This document shows positions 38,501 through 48,867 of a DNA stretch of 64,000 nt, piece by piece. The notes beneath the pieces are model-generated. The model was not told where the DNA came from. It saw only the letters and a list, made by a program, of their open reading frames with translations, and did not search any database. Both the position numbers and the translations under genes were made by a program. The stretch is from a virus (Duplodnaviria > Caudoviricetes), in IMG/VR virus record IMGVR_UViG_3300037400_002094, positions 29,893 through 93,892 of that record, one strand, 5' to 3'. Numbering within the stretch: the first letter of the stretch is position 1; every line of letters begins with the position of its first letter.

Positions 38501-41500
38501 CTATTTCTACTTTGGTATAAATAAGGGAAGTACGGCAATAGACAAATTCAATAAGATGTTCTATGCTCCTTGTTTCCAGCGTAACAAGAAGCCGTTCACA
38601 TTGGACTTCTCGTTTATCGGAAGGTCTTATTGCCCTTCAGTATATACTAATTCGCCAAACTATAAGGGCTATGCTTATATAAGAGTGACATTGGATGATA
38701 TACAGATTCCATATACATATAAACTCTATGATTCAACTGGTTTGCTTATCATTGAGGAGAATGAAATGAAGATAAGGGATTTCGTTATTGGAGGCACTAT
38801 AGACGAAAACGGAGAGGTTGTATCAAATGAGAACGGTGAGATAAAGTATCAGAAGGACGGTAGTTCTCTACCAAGCGTTGGTGGCATAAATTATCTTACA
38901 AACCAGGAATATACACTTGTAGTTACTGACGCTAATGGTAGGTCACTAGGTGAGAGAATCAAGATTAGCATGCCTAAGATAAATGTGAACTATGAAACAC
39001 AAAGTCTTGGCACGAAATTCTACAACACTGGAACTACCAGGATAGACTATATCTGTACTGATGATACAGAATTCTATGGACGGCTCAGAATACTTAGTTT
39101 CAATGTTGATTCAAATGAATTCACGATAAACAATGCTGAGGTTATTGGATATGCTGATGATAAATATATCATAAGGGTAACTGGTACTAATATTGATAAT
39201 AGTGACGAGGAACACCCAGTGACACTTACCACAGTAGCTATTATTAGGCTTAGTATTATTGATGTTTCAGATGGTAGGGTTACAAAGGATTGCTTGTGTG
39301 ACACATCTAATAGTCCAACGGCATTACAACAGGCTGTTTACAGCATACGTAATACTGAGAGGCCTCATTGGATAATATTCGAGAAAGTTCCAGATAGTGA
39401 CGAGGTACATCCAACGTTCCTTGTTTATCAGCCTAACAGATTCATCATCACGATATCACAGTTCTGTGATGGTAAGGAACTTGAGGACAATGTTACTTCT
39501 GATATCGTTAATGTAAACAACGGTGAGAAGTTTAACACCTTCGTAGGTTCTGCTGGTGACACTTCTATGGATATGCCTGTTAAGTTCATGCTTGGAAGCG
39601 TGAACGATAGTCAAGACCCATCACGTATGATAGCACCCAAAAGCTATTTCTATAGCTTGGAAGGTGTAGACTTGTGTTCTAGTCCAACAGCAAAAGCTAT
39701 CAAGGGTTGGTATGGTCTCCACCAGGAAGACACATATCAGTTCCATAGAACAGAAAACCAGGTTTTGTTGAAGAATTCTGACACCTGGACGGATTTTGTA
39801 ACATTGAATGAGGACATAAATACACATTCATCTAAGGCAACGATACTTGCGTATAAGTTCAATGCAATGTTCTCACTTGCGGCAGCTGCATATGTTGTGA
39901 CGGATACTGCTACAATATACCATACTGCAAGGGGTGGAATACACCCAACACTTTACAGAAGTGTTGTACCTATGTACACGGATGAACAGAAGTTCTTGAG
40001 ACAATATGTCTTGAACGACAGTAATTCATCAACTGTAATAGGGGAATATCCTATGATAGTTGGCAGGAATTATTTCAGACTTGACGGTCCTAACGGAGAT
40101 AACTATGGACCTATGGTCAACCCATATTATCAAGAACCAGACCCTTATACCGATTGTGGCGGTGATAGGGCTTATCTTGGAAACTATTTTGCAGCATTCA
40201 CACAGAACGGTGGCTATTCAAGCAAGACTAAGGTTGATTATTCAATCAAGGTAATGAAGATACCTAACTATACCAAGGTAACTCCAATGACCACATCAAC
40301 TGAGAAACAGATTGGTAAGGACATTAAGGGACAATTGACGGCTAATTTTTTACCTGCCTATAATCAATATCAAATTGGTTCAACAAAGTATTATCCATAC
40401 TTGAGGACATTGTTTGTTGACAGGAGATTTGATTATAGATTCATCCTGTTTGCGCCTTCTATGTCAAACAGTTTAAGCCTGTATGAGGCAGAAATACAAC
40501 ATGATGAACATGATAATGCATATGCAAAGGCTGACCCAATGGAAAGGGTATGGAAATCCGCACGTATAAGTGGTGAGACATTCAATGGTGTGGAGATGTC
40601 ATATGACACAGAATATAATATAATTTCAGCGGACACTAGTGTTATTACTGATGAAGAAGACCCAAATTATGGGGCAATAACAGCTGCAACTCCTAACAGG
40701 AGACTTGAGTATTCTTACAATTTCTCAGATACTGATGAGGATGCTAAGACACAGTATAACATACCAAACCCAGCCGAAGTGATTTGGGACACTGATGTTG
40801 ATGAGAATGGTAATATTGTACCTGGTCAAATTGTAAAGAGATTCTATGAGGCAACGTATTCTGGATTTGACATCAGAAACTATTTTTGGTCTTCATTTAA
40901 TAGGAATAGATTATCTGCTTACACTTATAGTGATGTTAATGATATAAAAGGAAGGGAAGTACCTTATGTGTACAAATACCCAGCAGACAATCCTACATTA
41001 TATAATGGCGATTTCAACAGGGAAAGTGTAAATGTTAATTACCCTACTCACAGGTTTATTGACGTTGGTAACATACCTCCAGCAGAGGTACATGACTTCT
41101 CAGTGCTTCCATGTTCATACGAAATCAATGCGTATAAGGATACTGACGGCAGTGTGAAGGCCGAGGCTGACTATACCGATGGTGTGTCTTTCTATGACAC
41201 ATATAAGCCACCAGTTGTTTTCATGCCGCCAAATGCAGACAGCAATGACTATGGAAATGTGTGTTATAATAAAAAATCTGAAGGGGCTTTTGTTAGGTTT
41301 GAATCAGTAGAGTTAAACTTATATTTTAAGTATGCTGAGAAGTCTGCTGACGGGTTTAAAATATATACTGCACTGCCTAGGCTTTTGCAGGTTCTTGATT
41401 ATGTAGGAAATCCAGCGATAGACGGAATATCATACATTAAAACTGCCACAAAGAGTAGTCAAGACATGATAAGTAACAATCAGTTTGGCAGTCTTAAGGA

Positions 41501-42620
41501 CTTATTATCAATGAGGAGCAATCCAGCAATATTCTATGAGTTTGGCAAATCTACTTTCACTATGTTCTCTGGAATGGAAAGGGATACCATATTACCTAAC
41601 AACACAAAAATATACGGTAGTGAGGAAGATGGATTATATCATCATGATGGTACTCATGATTTTGATAAATACGTTCATAGAACCGACACTGATAATGATG
41701 ATGAAGAAGGTAAACCAAATGCATATTTGACATCAGACAGCAATGATTTCCTTAACGTTAAATTTAAACTCAGTTTAAGTTTGAAAGGTGACCTTGCTGG
41801 TAGAAACATACAGGTGTTTACAATCTTAGTTCACAGGGAATATTTCTGTGATGAAGACAATAAACTAAAACACCAGTTATCAGTCATTGAACATGGAGAC
41901 CTGTATGATATAAGATATTTGGAGGCAAGAGTTAATCAAGAGGATGGAGCAGATGTTAAAACGTATGTTGAGAAAATAAAACTGTCTCCTGGAACAATAG
42001 ACGGTGATGCGTATAATGTTGAAGGAACTACAACTGGAAGTGAAATCGGTAGTGGAACTATTGATGGTAAAATTGACGGAGAAGATGTAACTATTGAGGT
42101 TGATGATACTAATATGACTGTATCTAATGGACACATGAGTGGTGGAAAAGGTAAAGTTAGCGGTGATTCCCAGTCATATGCACTTATACAGACGATAACA
42201 TTTGACTTCAAATTCAACCCATTAAATCCTCCTACTAGTAGGCAGTGCGAAGCGTTTGGAAATTATAGTATGATGGCATACACCTTTAGATTTGAAAATA
42301 GCAAGGGTGACGTATATGATATCGATAAGGTAGATGTTACAACAACACCGCCTGTGGTTAATGAAACCACCGACCCTGTTATAATTCACTTTAAGATGAA
42401 GTGGACACAAGATATGGGTATACTTGGTGATAAAGAATGGAACGGAAATAATACACAGGTTACAATATTTGCAAAGACACAAGAGAATTTTGTTTACAAG
42501 TTAAACAAATTCAGACTTGTTGGTGTCGAGCAGCCTGGTTATAACTCAAGTACTAAAAAGGCTGATTTCGATGAAAATATAAAAAAGAAAACAACAGCTA
42601 AAATTGATGGTCAACAATAA
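35517..42620 (+). CDS. Giant baseplate/tail structural protein
   Basis: 2367 aa after the gp6-like gene; N-terminal prealbumin-like motif (GRVLANDAFGIPNAKVSIF...TNNAGDYMIFGVP); internal hydrophobic and Cys-rich region. Confidence 0.65.
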   Translation: MEKSYRIHTNISTDTILNVNMKQDFDFMEILSLKLTQNDSYRLHSSNYGVIIGRVLANDAFGIPNAKVSIFIERDMNDPVDMENIYPYSEVTSTDDEGRRYNLLPDYSDDDCYRVVGTFPDKRYLLDDDIQLEVYDKYYKYTTVTNNAGDYMIFGVPSGNQTLHVDIDLSDIGILSQKPRDFTYRGYDLSEFDSPSQFKESTNLDSLTQIFSQDKSVYVYPFWGDATNGIAAITRCDIQIAYKFEPTCVFMGSIISDNEGNSIGHRCAPNVNNGMNEQLVAGQGTIEMIRKTTDGLVEEYPIQGNALIDSDGVWCYQIPMNLDYVGTDEYGNIVPTDNPKKGIPTRTQVRFRFSKTETGDEGFSRHTAKYLVPMNPVTYEGSDKAGQVVPMTQEQTGVEIEKMYNFGSATPQSCFRDLYWNNVYSVKNFIPKIQVAYRPYAPNYSALKGSNLVEDQNPVPFNKLRIDIPFTYMIVCILFTIVMIIIHFINTLIWIIQRIRGLCLGFKIFGKRIEICPFKVIIPKFGCIPLSAGLTEGNVAYYPGCHCPDSDACRNASCPEDMEGDCVKSSDNSELKDKIQQNLAKDYKIIKLDFYQDWLNGSLYMPLWYWRKRKKKKFLFFTISGAKNEFCDCDKTYSKLKTFVTCNMVYKTNGLGTDNKTIDLDEDRWHKRRAQRVWFKNGVIKGVENRDGLTAYYYTAYQANREDKADKEILQRTNRFLYVRLYATDIILLGNLNENNLYGIPQLYTALPSTTANIPPIASVEESLTDNEKEKSEVPRNDTAGDSEDSGTTITTGMDWGHEGGSQVPRYRKGLFMDLACAYAATRSKSCINVERLSELGVNPDMKFKMSYSENGNEVKTGAIDADGFINKYELDDMDNRAAFATLNHIGFIPQDYQDSIDSYTTQIQDENTGYLVPKFKYIYPVDFDGRLELIMKTYKRGFEQATYDMADDSYVTFRLGAEGGDKPNENSEKRIRHYYFTDNGFDMPLYNNSFYFYFGINKGSTAIDKFNKMFYAPCFQRNKKPFTLDFSFIGRSYCPSVYTNSPNYKGYAYIRVTLDDIQIPYTYKLYDSTGLLIIEENEMKIRDFVIGGTIDENGEVVSNENGEIKYQKDGSSLPSVGGINYLTNQEYTLVVTDANGRSLGERIKISMPKINVNYETQSLGTKFYNTGTTRIDYICTDDTEFYGRLRILSFNVDSNEFTINNAEVIGYADDKYIIRVTGTNIDNSDEEHPVTLTTVAIIRLSIIDVSDGRVTKDCLCDTSNSPTALQQAVYSIRNTERPHWIIFEKVPDSDEVHPTFLVYQPNRFIITISQFCDGKELEDNVTSDIVNVNNGEKFNTFVGSAGDTSMDMPVKFMLGSVNDSQDPSRMIAPKSYFYSLEGVDLCSSPTAKAIKGWYGLHQEDTYQFHRTENQVLLKNSDTWTDFVTLNEDINTHSSKATILAYKFNAMFSLAAAAYVVTDTATIYHTARGGIHPTLYRSVVPMYTDEQKFLRQYVLNDSNSSTVIGEYPMIVGRNYFRLDGPNGDNYGPMVNPYYQEPDPYTDCGGDRAYLGNYFAAFTQNGGYSSKTKVDYSIKVMKIPNYTKVTPMTTSTEKQIGKDIKGQLTANFLPAYNQYQIGSTKYYPYLRTLFVDRRFDYRFILFAPSMSNSLSLYEAEIQHDEHDNAYAKADPMERVWKSARISGETFNGVEMSYDTEYNIISADTSVITDEEDPNYGAITAATPNRRLEYSYNFSDTDEDAKTQYNIPNPAEVIWDTDVDENGNIVPGQIVKRFYEATYSGFDIRNYFWSSFNRNRLSAYTYSDVNDIKGREVPYVYKYPADNPTLYNGDFNRESVNVNYPTHRFIDVGNIPPAEVHDFSVLPCSYEINAYKDTDGSVKAEADYTDGVSFYDTYKPPVVFMPPNADSNDYGNVCYNKKSEGAFVRFESVELNLYFKYAEKSADGFKIYTALPRLLQVLDYVGNPAIDGISYIKTATKSSQDMISNNQFGSLKDLLSMRSNPAIFYEFGKSTFTMFSGMERDTILPNNTKIYGSEEDGLYHHDGTHDFDKYVHRTDTDNDDEEGKPNAYLTSDSNDFLNVKFKLSLSLKGDLAGRNIQVFTILVHREYFCDEDNKLKHQLSVIEHGDLYDIRYLEARVNQEDGADVKTYVEKIKLSPGTIDGDAYNVEGTTTGSEIGSGTIDGKIDGEDVTIEVDDTNMTVSNGHMSGGKGKVSGDSQSYALIQTITFDFKFNPLNPPTSRQCEAFGNYSMMAYTFRFENSKGDVYDIDKVDVTTTPPVVNETTDPVIIHFKMKWTQDMGILGDKEWNGNNTQVTIFAKTQENFVYKLNKFRLVGVEQPGYNSSTKKADFDENIKKKTTAKIDGQQ

Positions 42621-42623
42621 ACA

Positions 42624-45600
42624 ATGGATGTAAAAACATTTCTTGAAGGATTTGACAGTAAGAATTCTGTCAATACCAGTGGAGGACTTAACGTACCGTT
42701 GAGGGGTAACAGGAAGCTGTTACCCTTGAATGGTGTGGAGGATGTCATCAGTGAACTTGGGGTTTACAATGACGAGAGAAGGGCGTGTAACAAGATAAGA
42801 CTTACATGCCAGGTTAATCCTGTGTGTTCTAACGTCCTTTTCAACAGGGTGACAGAAATTGTTAGGGACGAAGGTAGCAGTGCTGTTACATTCCTAAACT
42901 ATGGAATAAGCGGAAATACCAACATCTTTGATGATGTCGTTTATAAGCCAAAAAGCCTTGATTATTGGACTGGAAGCACCATGCGTTATCAGTATGAAGA
43001 TGCTAGGCTTAAATCAAAAGACCCAGAATCAGAAATCAATGAACAAGAAAGAAGAAAAATCGAAACAACAGACCTTAAAGAAACACAACACGGGCATATA
43101 GGACATCCTACTAATGCTATTAGGGACACACAGCTTTCTAGGGTGAGAACTACAGACGGTACTCATTTCGTGTATCATTGTGGGCTTGACATACTTAATA
43201 ACCATCTTATAAGAAGTAACACTTTCAAGGCTGTATGTAGGTTATCAGAACAAACGCAATATTCTGATGCAAAAAATGATTATACGGCATTCAATACTAT
43301 TGCCGACCTAATGCGTGACGTAAAGGGTTATAAGGTTATAGAGAAGCTGTGCTTCCCTACCAGCTCTGGAATACCTGGCTATACCAAGTTTATACCATTG
43401 CATCTATACCTATATGAGAACCTTCTTACATTCGACCAGGCTGTACAACAGAGGCTTATAAAAAAATACAACGGATGGGTTGGGTTCAACAACAGGTCAA
43501 AAATTAAGACATATGATAATTTCCAGGATGACGAAGACCTAAAGATTGAGAGACCACTTATGTACATGCAGGGTGGTGACTTTGTTGACATGTACCCAGG
43601 AAGAGACCTGTATTCATTTGTGCCTAAGTTCAATCATTTCAGACAGAGAATCGAGAAGAACTGGAACTATTGTATAACATATCCATCTTCATCTACAACC
43701 GAAGGATTTGATGACATCATAGAGACAAATAATGATGTTAACTCATTGAAAACCATATACTTTGACGAGACAAGACGTAGCGATAACGGCACTAAGATGC
43801 TTGTTATGTATGGTAAGTCAAGACATGGACTCGCACAGGGCGATTATGTCAACATATATAAGACATATGACACAACACTCTACTGGGTTGAAAAAGGTGG
43901 GGTTCGTGTGTCTGACGAATACGAGACAGAAGCAGAGGCAGATGACGCAAGGACAATGCTTAATGCGGAAGACCCTGGTACATACACCATAAATCATTCA
44001 GATAAGCCAGTAACTGTAACACATAAGATACTTGACAACGCCGAGGTGGAAAACGTGGTTGATGATTACATATTTACAGTGTTCAACCAGGGAGTTGAGA
44101 TTAGTGGACAGTGGGTTCTTACAACTGAAATGGATGTTAGGACAGAAGATAATCCAGATGGTAAGTTCACCATTGATGCCACAACAAGGAGATTCTTCAT
44201 GAGTACGGATAAAACTGATTTTAACAAGTATTACATTGTAAACTATGAGGTTGACGGGGGTTATGTGAACATTGACCCTAAGGCGCAGAATATATCTTAC
44301 AAAAAGGTTGTTAATGATATAGAGTGTGAGTATTATGTGAGGATTTTCTCAAGACTTCCTAACTTCAAGTATTCAAGTGGTGATACATCCAACGAATACG
44401 AGATATACAGGGAAAGAGAGGATAGTGACGGTAGAAACCTCGTACAGATATACCAGCAACCAGACTATGATTTTGAGAGTCATGTAAGCAGGCTGGCATT
44501 TGCTAAGAACATATATACTGATGAGGTTGGACAGATAGTATTCACTGATGATATAGACCTTTCATATCTGAAGGATAATCTTGGCAGGCCTCTGTCCGAG
44601 GTGTTCCTTACCATCGTGAAGAATAATAAGGGATATAAGGAATGGTACGGTTTTGATGGCGTTAATGTCAACATTAATTCATCAAACGTTGAATATTCCC
44701 ATTGCTTCGGAAAAATTACCTGTGGCTTTAAGATGTCTGACGAGTCAATATATGACAAGGATACAAAAAATATTAAGAAGATAACCAACATAGAATGTAT
44801 ATCACCTGGATATAACATAGACTTAATTAATCCAGAAAGGAATACTGATAATATCACTAGTGAGGAAATAGTGTTTGATAGGGATATTAATTATTATGGT
44901 GACTTGTGTTATTATGACAACTACAATGCTATCGAGAGGGTCATACAACCTATAAAGCACAGATTCAACACAGCACAGAGGGAATCAGTCAATTCATCAA
45001 AAAAAGAGACATTTTCAGGCTTCTCATACGACGAGATAAGATATGATGATTATGACACTAATGATTTCTTAATCAATACCAATAATCATTCTAACTGTAA
45101 CAACAAGAAGGAAGGGTATTATTATATTCCTCATTACCAGATACCTATAAGGACATATGATGTGGTTCGGACGGTTCTTCCAGATTTCTTAACGATAAGG
45201 ACGCTGGTTAATAATCCAGGTGGTTCAACAACAATAGGAACTCTTCAGAACCATTATCTGTCACCAGGTGATAAATCAGTGATATATGACATGGAAACTG
45301 ACAAGTATTATTACTGTACAACAACAATAGGAAGTATTGACAATCCTAAGTCATATACATGTACGATATGTACTGAAAATGGAGAGCCTACGACTGACAT
45401 AGATGGTAATAAAATTTCACAGTACAAGCTATTTAAGATTGACAACCTTGACGTTCCATCATATGCTAAGATACTGAAGGACGGTACTTGCAGGATAGTA
45501 TGGAGAGACCTGGTGAACAATGGCTTTAACTCAGCAGACGACACTATTGAGGAATATCCGTTTACAAATGGTGCGTTCTACATAAACAAGAGGGTAGACT

Positions 45601-45725
45601 TGTATCTGAGGAGACAAGACCCAGAGAATAGGTACGGACTATATGCCGACGATGATATTGAAGGAGTATTGCCACCTATAGAGGACGAAAATAATTATGC
45701 TAAAGAAGAGGATATAGAATGTTAA
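42624..45725 (+). CDS. Large virion (tail/baseplate) protein
   Basis: 1033 aa within the structural operon, beta-rich composition. Confidence 0.6.
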   Translation: MDVKTFLEGFDSKNSVNTSGGLNVPLRGNRKLLPLNGVEDVISELGVYNDERRACNKIRLTCQVNPVCSNVLFNRVTEIVRDEGSSAVTFLNYGISGNTNIFDDVVYKPKSLDYWTGSTMRYQYEDARLKSKDPESEINEQERRKIETTDLKETQHGHIGHPTNAIRDTQLSRVRTTDGTHFVYHCGLDILNNHLIRSNTFKAVCRLSEQTQYSDAKNDYTAFNTIADLMRDVKGYKVIEKLCFPTSSGIPGYTKFIPLHLYLYENLLTFDQAVQQRLIKKYNGWVGFNNRSKIKTYDNFQDDEDLKIERPLMYMQGGDFVDMYPGRDLYSFVPKFNHFRQRIEKNWNYCITYPSSSTTEGFDDIIETNNDVNSLKTIYFDETRRSDNGTKMLVMYGKSRHGLAQGDYVNIYKTYDTTLYWVEKGGVRVSDEYETEAEADDARTMLNAEDPGTYTINHSDKPVTVTHKILDNAEVENVVDDYIFTVFNQGVEISGQWVLTTEMDVRTEDNPDGKFTIDATTRRFFMSTDKTDFNKYYIVNYEVDGGYVNIDPKAQNISYKKVVNDIECEYYVRIFSRLPNFKYSSGDTSNEYEIYREREDSDGRNLVQIYQQPDYDFESHVSRLAFAKNIYTDEVGQIVFTDDIDLSYLKDNLGRPLSEVFLTIVKNNKGYKEWYGFDGVNVNINSSNVEYSHCFGKITCGFKMSDESIYDKDTKNIKKITNIECISPGYNIDLINPERNTDNITSEEIVFDRDINYYGDLCYYDNYNAIERVIQPIKHRFNTAQRESVNSSKKETFSGFSYDEIRYDDYDTNDFLINTNNHSNCNNKKEGYYYIPHYQIPIRTYDVVRTVLPDFLTIRTLVNNPGGSTTIGTLQNHYLSPGDKSVIYDMETDKYYYCTTTIGSIDNPKSYTCTICTENGEPTTDIDGNKISQYKLFKIDNLDVPSYAKILKDGTCRIVWRDLVNNGFNSADDTIEEYPFTNGAFYINKRVDLYLRRQDPENRYGLYADDDIEGVLPPIEDENNYAKEEDIEC

Positions 45726-48700
45726 CCTATAGCATTAAACTTGACGATAAGAGCATACGTAGAGATGAATTGGTTTGGAGTGAGAAGTATCTTGCTCCAG
45801 ACCGTTCATTCGTTTCTGGGGTTACAAGCCAGGACTATCATTTGGAGAAGAAGGATTACATAGCCTTCTCCATCGGTGATGAAACGAATACAAGCTCACT
45901 CCAGTTATCATGTGATAATGTGACAAGGAACGGTTACATTAACATCAAGGCTAAGGCGTATGACATCCAGTCTGGAGTAACGAAGGATTATATGACTGGT
46001 GAGGAGTATACATACGATTATGTGGAGATAAACGGTGTCATATATTATATTAGTGCTGATACAGAGTCAATTACAGTTAATAACTGGTTAAAAGAGGATT
46101 GGCATCTTGACGACGATGGGGAATATCGTGTAAACATAATAGAAGGCGATGTTACTGGTGTTGTTAGTGCAAGCACGAAGTCCGTATATCTTGATACAAT
46201 CGTATGGATTGAAGATGAAACTGTTACCATAGATGGCGAGAAATACATCTTCGATAGATACGAGTCATCTTCTGACGCATTATCCCCTGGCTGTATAAAG
46301 TATTTTAATGATGGGGAGTGCCTTTCACCATCAGCAATAACAAAGACGGATAAGAATGAGATATACTACTATCATTTCCCAAGGGAAACTGATTATCTGT
46401 ATGTTACAAAGTTCATACTAAGACAGAAAGAACAACAGCTACTTGATTTTGATAGGATAAGTTTCTGTAATTATTTTTACTATGTTAAGTATAAGGACAA
46501 CTACTGCCCTATAAGGGTTAGTGGTGGAACTGATACAGAGCCAGGGCTTTATGTGTGCGACGTTCCTACTAGGCTGTATACGGAGATTGAGAAGATTAAC
46601 GAGGAGAACTATTATAACATTAGTTCATTTACAGTGTATTATGACGATGGTGAAACTCCTGGGCAGGCAGTTACCACTTCCTTAATAAGGAGAATGAACC
46701 AGTTGAAAACTATTGACTGTTATATTGTCTTGGAGGATGCGAAGTTACAGGTTGATAAGCTGCTTCAGAACGCCAATCATGGCGATGAAATCGCAATATA
46801 CCTATCTAACAGTACGGTAAACGTTACAACTGATGACATTATAACGCTTGAGAATGTTGGTAACGAGTCATATATAAGCCAGTTGTATGAAATGGGCGAT
46901 GAGCTGTTTGCGTTGTATAACAACAAGAAATACAAGGTCATTGACAGACTCTGTGATAAGGTAATGATTAACAATCATGAATATCCGATAGAGTATATAA
47001 ACGGTATAAACGCCAACGTAGACTGCCTTGTTGATATCATGGGTGAGAAAGTCCCCATGAAGATAAAAAGTACAAGTGGTGGAAAATACGGTGCTGGCAT
47101 TCTTGAAAGATATGGTGAGACTATATCTGCTACATCAAACACATCAGTGGTAGTTACCTATGACATAGTGCCTCATAACGGTATTACTGTAAAAAATATT
47201 AACTATGAGATTGTCAGTGGTGAAAATGGTAATAACATTACCGTTGAAATAAGCGATAGAGTACCGTTTGAGTTCGTAATAGAGGATATAGAAGGTAGTT
47301 CACTCCTCATATGTGAGCCTAATTTCCCTTTGCGTGAATTCGACGATGAATTCAGAGACAAGGTTAACGAGAACATATGTGATTATTTCGTTACAAACCA
47401 GGATACCACTTCGTTGTATATCAAGGATAGTTCATTTGGTTTCCGTGACATTACAAGTGACGTTGGGTATGTTAACGGTGATTCAGAACCATTGTCATCA
47501 AACAATAACTACGACCTATTCGAACATCTTATACTGTATGTTGACACAGCTCACATACATATACCAGTTAAGTTCGACATGAACGTTGCCAATAACATGA
47601 TACAGGAAGAGGTTGTTGAGGAAGATTTCTACGCTGTTGAGAAGAAAAGGGCTATAAACCCTATTGTTGACATGGAGAAGGACACATATATACCAAAATA
47701 TATAACAAGCAATAATGGTTTATACAATGGTAGCAATACAGATTTCCTTCCTATAAGTGAAATGGAGATTAACCTTCACTTCAGAACCAGAAACCTTGAC
47801 AACTGGAGGGTGAATGACGGTAATGCTGACGTAAGTATGTCTGGACATTCTGACAACTGGTTCGTGACTGACTTCTACCCTTATAGTGGCATGATAGCTA
47901 CTCATGGAGAAATATTGCAGAATACATCAGACCTTATGGGTTTATTGTATTTTACCAACGATGACATATACTACCAGAAGAATAAGGTTGGAAAATCATT
48001 CCTTAGGTTCTCCTATTATGATTCACCAGACCCTAACACACAGTCATTATTAGCCACTTCCACAGTCTTTATGGACGAACACAGGATGTTCAAGAAATAT
48101 ATTGACAACTCAAGGAAGAACATATATGACTATGGAATCGTTGAGGACAACCCATATCCAGATGAGGAGTTAAAGAGGAGTGTAAACAACAAGATTTCTG
48201 TAATGACAGAGCTTATTGGAAAGCACAGGCACAAGCCTAAGAGAACGACGTATGAAGCAAGTGAGATATCAGCAACATCACTAAGTGGCGATACCAGGAG
48301 AATAAGCTCAAGGATGATTATAAACAACAAGTATGAGACGGATACATCTTCTGAAGGATTTTATCTATATATCTTCAAAGAATACTCTGAAAATTTACAC
48401 CCAAAACCTATTTATATGAAAGTCGAATTCAACCATGCTGGGGTAGGTAGGACGATACCGTTCATAGTGCCTATGCATTGGGTAGATGCAGCTGCTGAGA
48501 CATACAAGAATAACGTCGTTAACATCAAGAATCCAGACAGGAGACTGAGGCTTAGTGCGGCGACAGATGTAACTGAAATGAAGACTGGATATCCGCTTTC
48601 TTATGTCTACGCACAGACCTACATTCCACTGTATGCTGTGTATGACTTCAAGAAGAAGGAATATGGATACGTATTCGACGAAAGATACATAGGCAAACCA

Positions 48701-48865
48701 GCAGATAATAATGGAAGAATCATACTTAACCTGTTCGAGCTTAAGATAGCTGACGAAAGTGCTTCAGCAAGTGAACAAGAAAGGGCTAACGTAACGAAGG
48801 GAAGGGCTACCAAGGCACTTATCAATATAAACACAAAACAATTCGAGGAAAAAGATTTTAATTAA
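45719..48865 (+). CDS. Large virion (tail/baseplate) protein
   Basis: 1048 aa, overlaps the upstream stop. Confidence 0.6.
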   Translation: MLTYSIKLDDKSIRRDELVWSEKYLAPDRSFVSGVTSQDYHLEKKDYIAFSIGDETNTSSLQLSCDNVTRNGYINIKAKAYDIQSGVTKDYMTGEEYTYDYVEINGVIYYISADTESITVNNWLKEDWHLDDDGEYRVNIIEGDVTGVVSASTKSVYLDTIVWIEDETVTIDGEKYIFDRYESSSDALSPGCIKYFNDGECLSPSAITKTDKNEIYYYHFPRETDYLYVTKFILRQKEQQLLDFDRISFCNYFYYVKYKDNYCPIRVSGGTDTEPGLYVCDVPTRLYTEIEKINEENYYNISSFTVYYDDGETPGQAVTTSLIRRMNQLKTIDCYIVLEDAKLQVDKLLQNANHGDEIAIYLSNSTVNVTTDDIITLENVGNESYISQLYEMGDELFALYNNKKYKVIDRLCDKVMINNHEYPIEYINGINANVDCLVDIMGEKVPMKIKSTSGGKYGAGILERYGETISATSNTSVVVTYDIVPHNGITVKNINYEIVSGENGNNITVEISDRVPFEFVIEDIEGSSLLICEPNFPLREFDDEFRDKVNENICDYFVTNQDTTSLYIKDSSFGFRDITSDVGYVNGDSEPLSSNNNYDLFEHLILYVDTAHIHIPVKFDMNVANNMIQEEVVEEDFYAVEKKRAINPIVDMEKDTYIPKYITSNNGLYNGSNTDFLPISEMEINLHFRTRNLDNWRVNDGNADVSMSGHSDNWFVTDFYPYSGMIATHGEILQNTSDLMGLLYFTNDDIYYQKNKVGKSFLRFSYYDSPDPNTQSLLATSTVFMDEHRMFKKYIDNSRKNIYDYGIVEDNPYPDEELKRSVNNKISVMTELIGKHRHKPKRTTYEASEISATSLSGDTRRISSRMIINNKYETDTSSEGFYLYIFKEYSENLHPKPIYMKVEFNHAGVGRTIPFIVPMHWVDAAAETYKNNVVNIKNPDRRLRLSAATDVTEMKTGYPLSYVYAQTYIPLYAVYDFKKKEYGYVFDERYIGKPADNNGRIILNLFELKIADESASASEQERANVTKGRATKALININTKQFEEKDFN

Positions 48866-48867
48866 AA